A stretch of 64,000 bases of DNA, taken from positions 5,154-69,153 of the forward strand of contig CAKZRU010000041.1 of the NCBI GenBank assembly GCA_937146725.1, written 5' to 3'. Shown here in pieces: positions 19,141 to 27,292 of this stretch. Position 1 is the first letter of the stretch. Every line of letters starts with the position of its first letter. A program made the position numbers and the translations under genes. The notes below the pieces were generated by a model that was not told the origin of the DNA, searched no databases, and saw only the letters and a list, made by a program, of their open reading frames with translations. The DNA is from an uncultured Myxococcales bacterium (lineage in GTDB: Bacteria; Myxococcota_A; Bradymonadia; UBA7976; VGTA01).

Positions 19141-19941
19141 CTAATGCGTTGGTATTTTGGGGGCTAAGCTACGATCAATCGCTGTTTTAAGTTCATCGAT
19201 ATAAAGCTTAAATGCCTTTGATTTGATCTGGACTTGCTTTTTAGGCTGAGTTTTAGGCTGAGTTTTAGACCGGGCCTTTGGTGAAGCTTCAGAATGGGCT
19301 TTAGTAGACGGCTTAAGCTTAAAAATAGGCGCTTTTAGCTGGAGTTTAGGCCGAGTCTTCACCTTTACAACCTTTAGGGAAGGCTTGGCTTTTTCTTGTT
19401 GAGTCCCATGAGTGCCTGTGGAAACCCCTTGTCTGTTTTTAGTTGAGTTTGTGCCGAGCTTAACCGACTTATGACCCTGCTTATCTGTAAATACTTGTTG
19501 AGAGGCAAGCGGACCAGAAATCAGACGATAAAGAGTTTCGTATTTTGGGTGTGTCTTAAAAATCTGCTCGGTGCGCTCATTTTTTGGCATGGGCGCTAAA
19601 AACAGAGTCCACTCTTGACCTTCTTTAAGTAATTCTTGTCCAATAATATGCTGTGAAAGCCCTTTAAAAACGCCACCGCTTTGATACACATAAAGTGTGT
19701 GAGAGCTTTGCCCCTTAAGAGCTGAGTGAACTCTGAGTGTACTGATTGAATAAGCAAATTGCTGACTGCCACCTGAATGTGTTTCTGTTTTCATCACTGT
19801 GGTATGCACAATTAAATCAGCGCTTCTAATGAGCTCATCTTGGCTTTGTTGGATTAAGCTCAAAGCTTGAACACTTAATAAGCTACTAAAAAATAAGCTT
19901 AAGCTGATGATTGTTTGTCGTTTTAGCTTAGAAAAATACAT
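19141..19941 (-). CDS. secreted hypothetical protein with lysine/proline-rich basic C-terminal tail
   Basis: Signal peptide IISLSLFFSSLLSVQA; C-terminal KAKPSLKVVKVKTRPKLQLKAPIFKLKPSTKAHSEASPKARSKTQPKTQPKKQ low-complexity basic tail. Confidence 0.5.
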   Translation of the reverse strand: MYFSKLKRQTIISLSLFFSSLLSVQALSLIQQSQDELIRSADLIVHTTVMKTETHSGGSQQFAYSISTLRVHSALKGQSSHTLYVYQSGGVFKGLSQHIIGQELLKEGQEWTLFLAPMPKNERTEQIFKTHPKYETLYRLISGPLASQQVFTDKQGHKSVKLGTNSTKNRQGVSTGTHGTQQEKAKPSLKVVKVKTRPKLQLKAPIFKLKPSTKAHSEASPKARSKTQPKTQPKKQVQIKSKAFKLYIDELKTAIDRSLAPKIPTH

Positions 19942-20072
19942 AGATGTCTCCTATGGTCAGGTTTACTAAAAAGTCTTATGATTACAGTAGTTATTGAGCT
20001 TTTTACCTAGGTTATTCAAAGAGGATTTATGAGTGATTTTAAATTAATTTACTCATAGGTGATGAATCTAGC

Positions 20073-20101
20073 TTGACAAGGGGCAGGCAAATTCATATTT
20101 T
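20073..20101 (+). promoter_or_regulatory. sigma70-like promoter upstream of rpsU (TTGACA-17-TATTTT), followed by a 14-nt perfect palindrome ctctcagctgagag (20117-20130)
   Basis: TTGACA at 20073-20078, 17-nt spacer, TATTTT at 20096-20101; about 155 nt upstream of rpsU start. Confidence 0.45.
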
Positions 20102-20257
20102 CACACGTCTTTACAAGCTCTCAGCTGAGAGTTTGGTGAGCAGATTTGCTCATTATTAAATTATTAATCAACCTAAATCCGCAGAGAGGCTAAACTCTAG
20201 TTGATTTGACTAAGTTTATACTTCACTGCGACCCAGTAACGAGAAAGGTCGTATACC

Positions 20258-20497
20258 TTGAGCCAAAATGAGTTAAACCTCCGACCATTGGAGGTCGTTG
20301 TAGATGGAGATAATGTAGAGCGTGCTATCAAGGCCCTCAAGCGTAAAGTTGCCCACGAAGGAATCTACAAAGAGCTCAAGCGCCGCCGTTTTTATGAGAA
20401 GCCTTCTGTAAAGCGTAAGCGTAAGCAACGTGAAGCAGAGCGTCGTCGTCGTAAAGAGCGTCGCCGTGCTTTACGTGCAAACGTTCGTCGTCGCTAA
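20258..20497 (+). CDS. rpsU: 30S ribosomal protein S21
   Basis: TTG start with AAAGG upstream; ...NVERAIKALKRKVAHEGIYKELKRRRFYEKPSVKRKRKQREAERRRRKERRR matches S21 core (FDVALRRFKR..REFYEKP..RKR..) and Arg-rich tail. Confidence 0.85.
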   Translation: MSQNELNLRPLEVVVDGDNVERAIKALKRKVAHEGIYKELKRRRFYEKPSVKRKRKQREAERRRRKERRRALRANVRRR

Positions 20498-20507
20498 TTA
20501 GCACTTT

Positions 20508-20571
20508 AGCTAAATAAATATGGAGCTAAATAAATATGGAGCTCAATAAATATAGAGCTCAATATTTATAC
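20508..20571 (+). repeat. 16-nt tandem repeat x4 (agctaaataaatatgg / agctcaataaatatag variants) immediately downstream of rpsU stop
   Basis: Units at 20508-20523, 20524-20539, 20540-20555, 20556-20571 read directly from sequence. Confidence 0.85.
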
Positions 20572-20585
20572 GACCCTTTGCTCGG

Positions 20586-20858
20586 TTGAGAGATGGTCAG
20601 CGAAAAGTCTCAAACAAGAGCCTAATAAAAGCTGAAAAGCCCAAGATAAGTCAGGTAGACATAACCATGAGTGCTTATAATGCTGTAAAAGTGTTTACTG
20701 CGACCCGAGCTAAAGAGCGGGAGTCTTTGGGCGAAGTAATGAGTGCTTGGCTTAAGCAAATGGCTGACAAGATCCAAGTGGTAGATACCAAGGTCCTTCA
20801 ATCAAGTGACCAACAGTTCCACTGCTTAACCATTATCGTTTTCTATAGAGAACTTTAA
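20586..20858 (+). CDS. small hypothetical protein
   Basis: 90-aa ORF (possibly starting at internal MSAYNAVKVF...); no recognisable motif. Confidence 0.3.
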   Translation: MRDGQRKVSNKSLIKAEKPKISQVDITMSAYNAVKVFTATRAKERESLGEVMSAWLKQMADKIQVVDTKVLQSSDQQFHCLTIIVFYREL

Positions 20859-20917
20859 TCAAGAACTTTAATAGAGACTGATAAAACACTTAATCAGCAG
20901 TGAGTTATTGGACTAAG

Positions 20918-21628
20918 TTATTGGGCCGGTTCCGCATAGAGGTAAAAACGATCTATGCAGTTTACTGGGCCACCACAAGCGGTAAGCGCACCTTGATACT
21001 CATCACTCGACAGGCTATTTGGCTGTCCGTTTAAAGGTAACTCGATACTGAGTTTGTGTCTAACCGATAGCTCACCTTGGAATATACTTGATTCATTTGT
21101 TGGTAAATAAATTGCTTGCGCATTGCTTTCCTGTGCAGTGCAACACTCGGCTAGGGCCTCCTGCCACTCAAGATCACTTGGGCGCAAAGAAGATTCGCCC
21201 ATAGGAAAGGCAGTATCGGGTATTGAGCGAGTCAGCGTACAAGCAAGTTGGCCATCTAATTCATCTCTTATTCCGGGAGCTCTCATAATACTTTGCAGGA
21301 TCAGACTTTCTCTCGAAGCTAGGCATAAAGATTTATTTGGGGGCTGAGATTCCTCGCATTTTAGCCCCTCAAGTCGCCAAGTAAACAGGGGGGCTTTGAT
21401 TAAAGCGACAACAGCTTGATCCTGCTTTCCTAAGTTCATTGTGCCATAAATAGGCTCAGAAGATAACTGAGTCCCTACTTGAGCACAGGTGCTAGTACTG
21501 AGCTTGAGTTCTAACTGATACTCAAAGGGCAAATCCTCAATGGGAATTAAGCTTGATGGATCTTCACAAGCCAATACACCTAGGAACATACCTGCTATGG
21601 TCATTAAGTGTACTAAATTACGATTCAC
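20918..21628 (-). CDS. hypothetical lipoprotein
   Basis: Lipobox MTIAGMFLGVLAC; no recognisable catalytic motif. Confidence 0.5.
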   Translation of the reverse strand: MNRNLVHLMTIAGMFLGVLACEDPSSLIPIEDLPFEYQLELKLSTSTCAQVGTQLSSEPIYGTMNLGKQDQAVVALIKAPLFTWRLEGLKCEESQPPNKSLCLASRESLILQSIMRAPGIRDELDGQLACTLTRSIPDTAFPMGESSLRPSDLEWQEALAECCTAQESNAQAIYLPTNESSIFQGELSVRHKLSIELPLNGQPNSLSSDEYQGALTACGGPVNCIDRFYLYAEPAQ

Positions 21629-21659
21629 TTAAAATGCTTCTTTTAGCTTATGAAAAAAC

Positions 21660-22514
21660 TTAGTATTGTTTAGCCTGCTCAAGGTTAACATTGGGTTGAC
21701 TTGTTGGTGGTGGATCAAAGGGATCACCCTCAATGCCTTTAAATGGATCGAGTCGTCCTATCAAGTGAGTAAGTGACATTGCTGATGAGACTTTAATGTC
21801 GATTTCAACCGGCCCAATCATACGCTTTGTCGATACCTTTAAGCCGGTTTTTAGAATACGCCATTTATCCATTTTTATTTCTAGGCCAGACACCAAAAGT
21901 TGCTCTGACCACACTTTTATGCCAGAGGGTAAGCCATTATCGTCGATACTCCATAAAAAAGTATCTCCGGGATGCTCACCACCTTTCCGATAGTGCACAA
22001 GCAGACTCTTTTTATCTTTACCAACTTTGACCGAGTAGCGTTCAACACCATGATCAAAAAGGCTTTGAGATGGCTCCAAAATGAAACGATCTCTCAGCCA
22101 ATAATGTTTGGCTTGCTGGGCAATGGGCGCAGCTTCTGATTCAGATAGAGTCACCCAGCGGTTTGCCTTTGGACCAGAATTAGCTTTGCTTCGTACAACA
22201 TAACGTTTAAAATCAACATCAAATAGCGCTTCGTGCTCAGCTTGACGATCACTAAAACGAGTACGAACTAAACCACGTCGTAGATCCCAAAGGTGTTGGT
22301 TGCCTAATAGTGACCAACGAATCACGCCTGTATTAGCCCAAGCGCTGCGTTTAACAGCCTTTTGTAAGCCTCTAGCAATGACATCAGCCCCTTTGCCTGC
22401 TTCATACTGCTTGGGGATATTTGATCTCAATAAGAAAATATATCCTCCACCAAAAATAATACTCAAGACAACACAAATGATGATGAGTCTTACAAGCAAT
22501 AAAATATGACGCAT
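21660..22514 (-). CDS. membrane-anchored hypothetical protein (single N-terminal TM, periplasmic domain)
   Basis: N-terminal hydrophobic LLLVRLIIICVVLSIIFGGGYIFLL; 284 aa, no known motif. Confidence 0.5.
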   Translation of the reverse strand: MRHILLLVRLIIICVVLSIIFGGGYIFLLRSNIPKQYEAGKGADVIARGLQKAVKRSAWANTGVIRWSLLGNQHLWDLRRGLVRTRFSDRQAEHEALFDVDFKRYVVRSKANSGPKANRWVTLSESEAAPIAQQAKHYWLRDRFILEPSQSLFDHGVERYSVKVGKDKKSLLVHYRKGGEHPGDTFLWSIDDNGLPSGIKVWSEQLLVSGLEIKMDKWRILKTGLKVSTKRMIGPVEIDIKVSSAMSLTHLIGRLDPFKGIEGDPFDPPPTSQPNVNLEQAKQY

Positions 22515-22612
22515 AGAGTGATCCTTAAGCTAGTTACATAAAGGATTAAATAACAAGTTTAGAGCTGATTTAATACATACTAAGACGAATAGGCAAGAAA
22601 AGGTACCTTAAA

Positions 22613-23506
22613 TTACATCATATCTTTTCCATTGAGGATAAACTCAAAGCCTTTTTTGAGTACCGCTTTTTTGTCCTTATCTGATTTAGGCAAAGGAAGC
22701 TTACTTCCACCTTCGGGGGTAAAGGCTTTAAGGGCTCTTAAAGCTGCATCATCAAAAAACTTATTTCCACTACTCTTCTTAAGTTTAAGCTTACCTTTGA
22801 TTTGAGCCACTGTTTTGCCCACAGCTTCAAGACGAACATAAATCTTTACACTCAGCTTTTTAAGTCTTCTTTTATCAATACTAGCCGGTGCTTTAAATCG
22901 TCGGCCAACATGAGATTGAAGTCGACTCAGATATGCGTTGACCACGCCACCATTCCATTGCGTTGTTGTGCCCTCAAGATGACCACGTCGATCACCTCGG
23001 CGAGGCCCCTTGTCTGCTCGTGGATCAGGTGAACTCAAGCCTGAAAAAAGATCGCTCTTAGAGACTTTACGTTTTTTCTTTTTAGGCTTGGCCTTAGCGC
23101 GTTTTTTAGGTTTGGGCTTGGGCTTTTTTTTGGGCTTGGGCTTTTCTTTGGGCTTGGGCTTTTCTTTGGGTTTGGGCTTTTCTTTAGTGATCTGTCGACT
23201 AAGGCTGACAGCTTTTGTTTCTTGTTCTGGGGGGGGAGGCGGGGCGATAATTCGAGGAAGGGCTTTCGGTGGTGGTGGCTCACCTAAAGCGGTTAAAGCC
23301 ACCATTTCTACCGCGATCACTTCTTCTTCGGGAACTTCATCAGCCTGCCCCATACCCAAAAAAAATAAAGCACCAAAAATATGTAAACCAACACTAAGGC
23401 CCAAACCGATTTGGTCTGATTTAGCATTACGGTGCTGGCCCATGTAAAGCGATTGGAATGGAGTGAGCCCAGATTCGACCTGCCCAGATTCGACCTGCTT
23501 AGACAT
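22613..23506 (-). CDS. tonB: energy transducer TonB
   Basis: N-terminal TM GLGLSVGLHIFGALFFL; Pro-rich and KPKPKEKPKPK spacer; C-terminal TonB domain (...VKIYVRLEAVGKTV...); last gene of exbB-exbD-tonB operon. Confidence 0.8.
   Translation of the reverse strand: MSKQVESGQVESGLTPFQSLYMGQHRNAKSDQIGLGLSVGLHIFGALFFLGMGQADEVPEEEVIAVEMVALTALGEPPPPKALPRIIAPPPPPEQETKAVSLSRQITKEKPKPKEKPKPKEKPKPKKKPKPKPKKRAKAKPKKKKRKVSKSDLFSGLSSPDPRADKGPRRGDRRGHLEGTTTQWNGGVVNAYLSRLQSHVGRRFKAPASIDKRRLKKLSVKIYVRLEAVGKTVAQIKGKLKLKKSSGNKFFDDAALRALKAFTPEGGSKLPLPKSDKDKKAVLKKGFEFILNGKDMM
23081..23185 (-). repeat. in-frame tandem 12/18-nt repeats encoding (KPKPKE)n spacer of TonB
   Basis: plus strand tttgggcttgggcttttcttt repeated; encodes KPKPKEKPKPKEKPKPKKKPKPKPKK. 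Confidence 0.8.
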
Positions 23507-23507
23507 A

Positions 23508-23996
23508 TTAGCCTCCCTGTCCCTCGGGAGGATTGGTAACCATACCTAGCTTAGTGTAGCCGGCATTTTTGATTTGAGCGAGTACATCAACAGTAAAGCC
23601 ATAAGGTAAGCTGCGGTCAGCTAAAAAGAAAATAGTCATATCAGTAGATAGCTTAGGATTCTTTTCGAGTTTAGCTTGTAGGGCTTCAATACACTTACTT
23701 TGAATGCTCATATCCTTAGGCGTAGGTGGACACGCAACAAGTATGGAAGGCCCTTCCCCTAAATCGAGCATAACTCGATAATCGGGATATAAAACAACCA
23801 TCGTTCTCATATCTGATTTTTGCACAGGCACAGCATTGGTGCTTGGCAAGTCGATTTCAACCTTACGCTGTACCATGTCTTCAGCGATGATGGGCGTGGT
23901 GACCATAAAAACAACAAGTAGAACCAACATAACATCGACTAACGGTGTGATATTGATTTCGTTTAAAGCACCACCACCACTACTTTGAAAAGCCAT
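23508..23996 (-). CDS. exbD: biopolymer transport protein ExbD/TolR
   Basis: EINITPLVDVMLVLLVVFMVTTP signature N-terminus of ExbD/TolR; stop 1 nt before tonB start. Confidence 0.85.
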   Translation of the reverse strand: MAFQSSGGGALNEINITPLVDVMLVLLVVFMVTTPIIAEDMVQRKVEIDLPSTNAVPVQKSDMRTMVVLYPDYRVMLDLGEGPSILVACPPTPKDMSIQSKCIEALQAKLEKNPKLSTDMTIFFLADRSLPYGFTVDVLAQIKNAGYTKLGMVTNPPEGQGG

Positions 23997-24064
23997 TTAT
24001 CTTTCCTTATCACTAAGAATGAGATGCTCTAGGAATAGCAAGTCTTTATCTTTAACCCAAGTTT

Positions 24065-24775
24065 CTAACCTAGATGACGCTTAATAATATTCAAAAAGTC
24101 ATTACTAAATGTGTCTATTTCAGTATCGAGGGAACGAAGCTTGTTATAAAATACATTATAAGCAATTACAGCTGGAATCGCCGCGACTAAGCCAATCGCT
24201 GTCGCAATTAATGCTTCTGCAATCGGTGGGGCAACTGTAGTTAAGGTCGCATTTCCCTCTTGGGCGATATTCAGAAAGGCATCCATAATGCCCCAAACTG
24301 TACCAAAAAGACCAATAAAGGGCCCCGCACTCGCAATGGTTGCAAGCATTGCCGTTCGTTCTGATAGACGAGCCATTTGAACACCTTGTTCACGCTTGAG
24401 AGCACGATGAATATTATCGATATCGCTTGAATCTTTTTCACCACGTCGAGCTCGGGTTTCTTTGACTTTATCAAGCTCATCATAGGCCTTTTGAAAGCAA
24501 CTGACGACCGGACTTTGTTGATACTGTGGACTTTCTTCATAGGCAACTTTGATGTGAGGATTTCCCCAAAATAGTTCAAGGAATCCACGAGTATCTTGCT
24601 CGGCTTTGCTGAGTTCTCGCCATTTAGTAAAAATAACCCACCAACACATGACCGAGGCGGCACCAAGCAAGATCAATACAAGTTTTACAACAAAGCTTGC
24701 CTGAAGAAGAAGATGAGCAATGCTCAGTTCACTGTTTTCAGCTAAGGTGATTAAATGGACTAAATGACCTTCCAT
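24065..24775 (-). CDS. exbB: MotA/TolQ/ExbB proton channel protein
   Basis: Three TM segments; C-terminal GLFGTVWGIMDAF...TTVAPPIAEALIATAIGLVAAIPAVIAYN typical of ExbB/TolQ. Confidence 0.85.
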   Translation of the reverse strand: MEGHLVHLITLAENSELSIAHLLLQASFVVKLVLILLGAASVMCWWVIFTKWRELSKAEQDTRGFLELFWGNPHIKVAYEESPQYQQSPVVSCFQKAYDELDKVKETRARRGEKDSSDIDNIHRALKREQGVQMARLSERTAMLATIASAGPFIGLFGTVWGIMDAFLNIAQEGNATLTTVAPPIAEALIATAIGLVAAIPAVIAYNVFYNKLRSLDTEIDTFSNDFLNIIKRHLG

Positions 24776-24841
24776 AATAAAATAATAACCTTCCTAAGTA
24801 CCCAAAAATATTTGGATGAATATGGCATTCACCGATGGGTG

Positions 24842-24907
24842 AAATGAGACTTGCAAGCTATTCAAATGAGACTTGTAAGCCATTCAAATGAGACTTGTCA
24901 ATAAGGG
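24842..24907 (+). repeat. 22-nt direct repeats x3 (aaatgagacttg[c/t]aagc[t/c]attc) in the exbB-exbD-tonB promoter region
   Basis: Units at 24842-24863, 24864-24885, 24886-24907 (third degenerate); located 67-130 nt upstream of exbB start codon (24775, minus strand). Confidence 0.8.
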
Positions 24908-24909
24908 AA

Positions 24910-26184
24910 TTAAGCTTGCAGATAACCCTGTTCTAACAAGAAGAGCAAGGCCTTAATGCCTTCTCGTTCTCCTTGTGGATGGCAATCAATAATCGCACGT
25001 ACTTCATATTGGTTGATCGCAAGTTGAAAGAGATACAACTGTTCTTGGCTCAGTGCAGTCAACAATGGTGTGAGAGGCTGAGCAAGCGCAAGCCTTTGAT
25101 TGAGGGATGGAAGCTGAGACCTAAGCTGATTCATTTCTAAACAGGTTTGCTTAATTCTCTCTAAAAGGCTTCGGCTTTCCTCGTTAATCTCTTGTTCAAA
25201 AGATGGCAGAGCCGTCATAGATTTGACTTTAAAACGACCTTGAGACCAGCAGCAGAGCTTAACGAGTGCTTCATGTGGTGGTGTATGAACTTCTAATACA
25301 CGATGCGGGTCTTCATAGGTCGCAAAGTAAATTCGTCCTCCTCTAAAGTAGATGCTACCTTCTCGTTCTTCGGGGTCAAAGACCGCTAAGATGCCATCAT
25401 GACGTCGTTCAAGTAAGCGTTCGATCATTGTAGATACATCCGGTGCATCTGCAGAAGGAAAGGTACCAACGATCGCTTTGGGGCGAGGGCGAGCACCGTT
25501 TAATGATGGCATCCCATTGAAACTTGGAGGCATAGGCGCAATGCCAGCCCCGCCATTCATGTTATGGTTAAAAGAGGAGCCTGAAGTCGAGCTAGGATTT
25601 GAGCCACCAAAGCTACCAAAGCCACTATTAGCGCTTGCTGGAGCTTGTAGAGGATTACCTTGTAGGGGAGTACTCGATAAACCTTGATGACCTTGGCCAT
25701 AGGCATTATTGGTTGGTGTGGAAGGAAATGCTCCCATCCCCCCCATATTTCCCATGTTACCCATATTTCCCATATTTCCCATATTTCCCATAGCGTTTGA
25801 ATTGGAAAGATTAGGCTGAGCTTGACCAAAGTTTGCCCCGACATCATAAGCGGGGGCTTGGTTATAACCCGCTTGTTGAGGTGCATTGATTAATTCCAAA
25901 ATACAAGTGCCTACGGTTAAGCTATCCCCAAGTTGCAGGCGCTGTGATCCTTGAACTCTTTGTTGATTGACTGAGGTCCCGTTTGTACTTTCAAGATCCT
26001 GCAGGACAATTTGCTCATGAAAAGTCAAAATCTTGGCATGACGACGAGAAACCATATCCTCGTCGATCACAATATCTAGGTTTGCTCCTCGGCCAAGAAA
26101 AAGCTCACTATTTTCAGGTAAATCATAGATGTGTCCCTTAAGTTTACCTTCGAGAACTCTAAGTGCATATTTATTAGACCCCAC
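24910..26184 (-). CDS. FHA-domain protein with Gly/Asn/Met-rich low-complexity linker ((MGN)n) and C-terminal DUF4388/PATAN-like domain
   Basis: GTG start with GGAG 9 nt upstream; N-terminal FHA (LFLGRGANLDIVIDEDMVSRRHAKILTFHEQIVLQDLESTNGTSVN); MGNMGNMGNMGNMGNMGGMG; C-terminal GILAVFDPEEREGSIYFRGGRIYFA...EALVKLCCWSQGRF resembles DUF4388. Confidence 0.7.
   Translation of the reverse strand: MGSNKYALRVLEGKLKGHIYDLPENSELFLGRGANLDIVIDEDMVSRRHAKILTFHEQIVLQDLESTNGTSVNQQRVQGSQRLQLGDSLTVGTCILELINAPQQAGYNQAPAYDVGANFGQAQPNLSNSNAMGNMGNMGNMGNMGNMGGMGAFPSTPTNNAYGQGHQGLSSTPLQGNPLQAPASANSGFGSFGGSNPSSTSGSSFNHNMNGGAGIAPMPPSFNGMPSLNGARPRPKAIVGTFPSADAPDVSTMIERLLERRHDGILAVFDPEEREGSIYFRGGRIYFATYEDPHRVLEVHTPPHEALVKLCCWSQGRFKVKSMTALPSFEQEINEESRSLLERIKQTCLEMNQLRSQLPSLNQRLALAQPLTPLLTALSQEQLYLFQLAINQYEVRAIIDCHPQGEREGIKALLFLLEQGYLQA
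25733..25795 (-). repeat. 9-nt in-frame tandem repeat x6-7 encoding (MGN)n in FHA protein
   Basis: plus strand cccatattt/cccatgtta repeated. Confidence 0.8.
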
Positions 26185-26525
26185 TTCATCTTCTCCAATA
26201 GTGTTTTGATCGACTTACGTCAGAGCGAGTATACAGCAAAATTAAGGACTTTATGTTTAAAAAGCATTGAAGCATCAGCTTACCATGAACTTTACTAAAC
26301 ATTAAGTTTTACATTGTAACTTAGCATTATATCTTAAACATTTTGATTTGGCGATTTTTAATTGTATTTGTCAACCATTGTACCCAAGCTCGTCTTCACT
26401 GAACTTACTCAGAGATTCATAAGTAATATGATAAATAGGCTTGAGCTTAATAACAGAAGCACATAAATAAATAATGCTGTGATTCACATGGACTCACATT
26501 TCATCAACAAGCAAAGAGGTAAGCA

Positions 26526-27242
26526 ATGTCGAAAGTCATTATTCTCGTTCCGACTTATAATGAGATTGAAAACCTTGAAAAAGCGATTTCGGCGATTCAT
26601 CACCATGCTTCGCAGGCACATATTTTAGTCATTGATGATCAAAGTCCAGATGGCACAGGTGACTTGGCTGATCGCTTGGCTGAGCAAGACGAAAGAATAC
26701 ACGTTTTGCACCGTCAAGCTAAAGAAGGCTTAGGCAGAGCATATTTGGCTGGTTTTGCTTGGTCCTTAGCGTATGACTATGAACTCATCTTTGAAATGGA
26801 TGCTGATTTGAGCCATCCAGCAGAAGCGATTCCAAGAATGATGGAAGCGGCTCATCAGGGGGCTGATCTAGTACTAGGCAGCCGTTGGGTTAAAGGCGGT
26901 GGTGTTGTCGGTTGGCCACTTAAACGAAAAATACTGAGTCGAGGTGGAAGCCTTTATGCTCGACTCATTTTAGGTGCTCCGATTAAAGATTTTACGGGTG
27001 GATTCAAATGTTTTAAGCGAGACACCTTACTGCAAATTAATCTTGCTGATGTTAGTGCTGTGGGATATGGCTTTCAAATTGATTTGACTTGGAGAGCCTT
27101 GCAAAAGGGGCTAGTGGTGAAGGAGATTCCAATCATTTTCACAGATCGGGTGGCCGGTAAGTCTAAAATGTCAGCAGATATCTTTAAAGAAGCTTTACTC
27201 TTGGTTTGGAAGCTTCGCTTTGCGCAAAAAAACTTAAAGTGA
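26526..27242 (+). CDS. GT2-family glycosyltransferase, soluble Dpm1/Ppm1-like polyprenol-phosphate mannose (hexose) synthase
   Basis: VIILVPTYNEIENL, VIDDQSPDGT, EMDADLSH (DxD) motifs; 238 aa without TM helices. Confidence 0.8.
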   Translation: MSKVIILVPTYNEIENLEKAISAIHHHASQAHILVIDDQSPDGTGDLADRLAEQDERIHVLHRQAKEGLGRAYLAGFAWSLAYDYELIFEMDADLSHPAEAIPRMMEAAHQGADLVLGSRWVKGGGVVGWPLKRKILSRGGSLYARLILGAPIKDFTGGFKCFKRDTLLQINLADVSAVGYGFQIDLTWRALQKGLVVKEIPIIFTDRVAGKSKMSADIFKEALLLVWKLRFAQKNLK

Positions 27243-27292
27243 CTCTCGATCAAAGCGGTCATAAAGTACCTTTGGACCAAGTGATGATTTAA

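Noticed and set aside
20508-25795. Tandem repeat arrays (20508-20571, 24842-24907, 25733-25795) as CRISPR arrays
   Set aside because: The units are 9-22 nt and directly abutting without spacers, there are no cas genes, and several are in-frame coding repeats.
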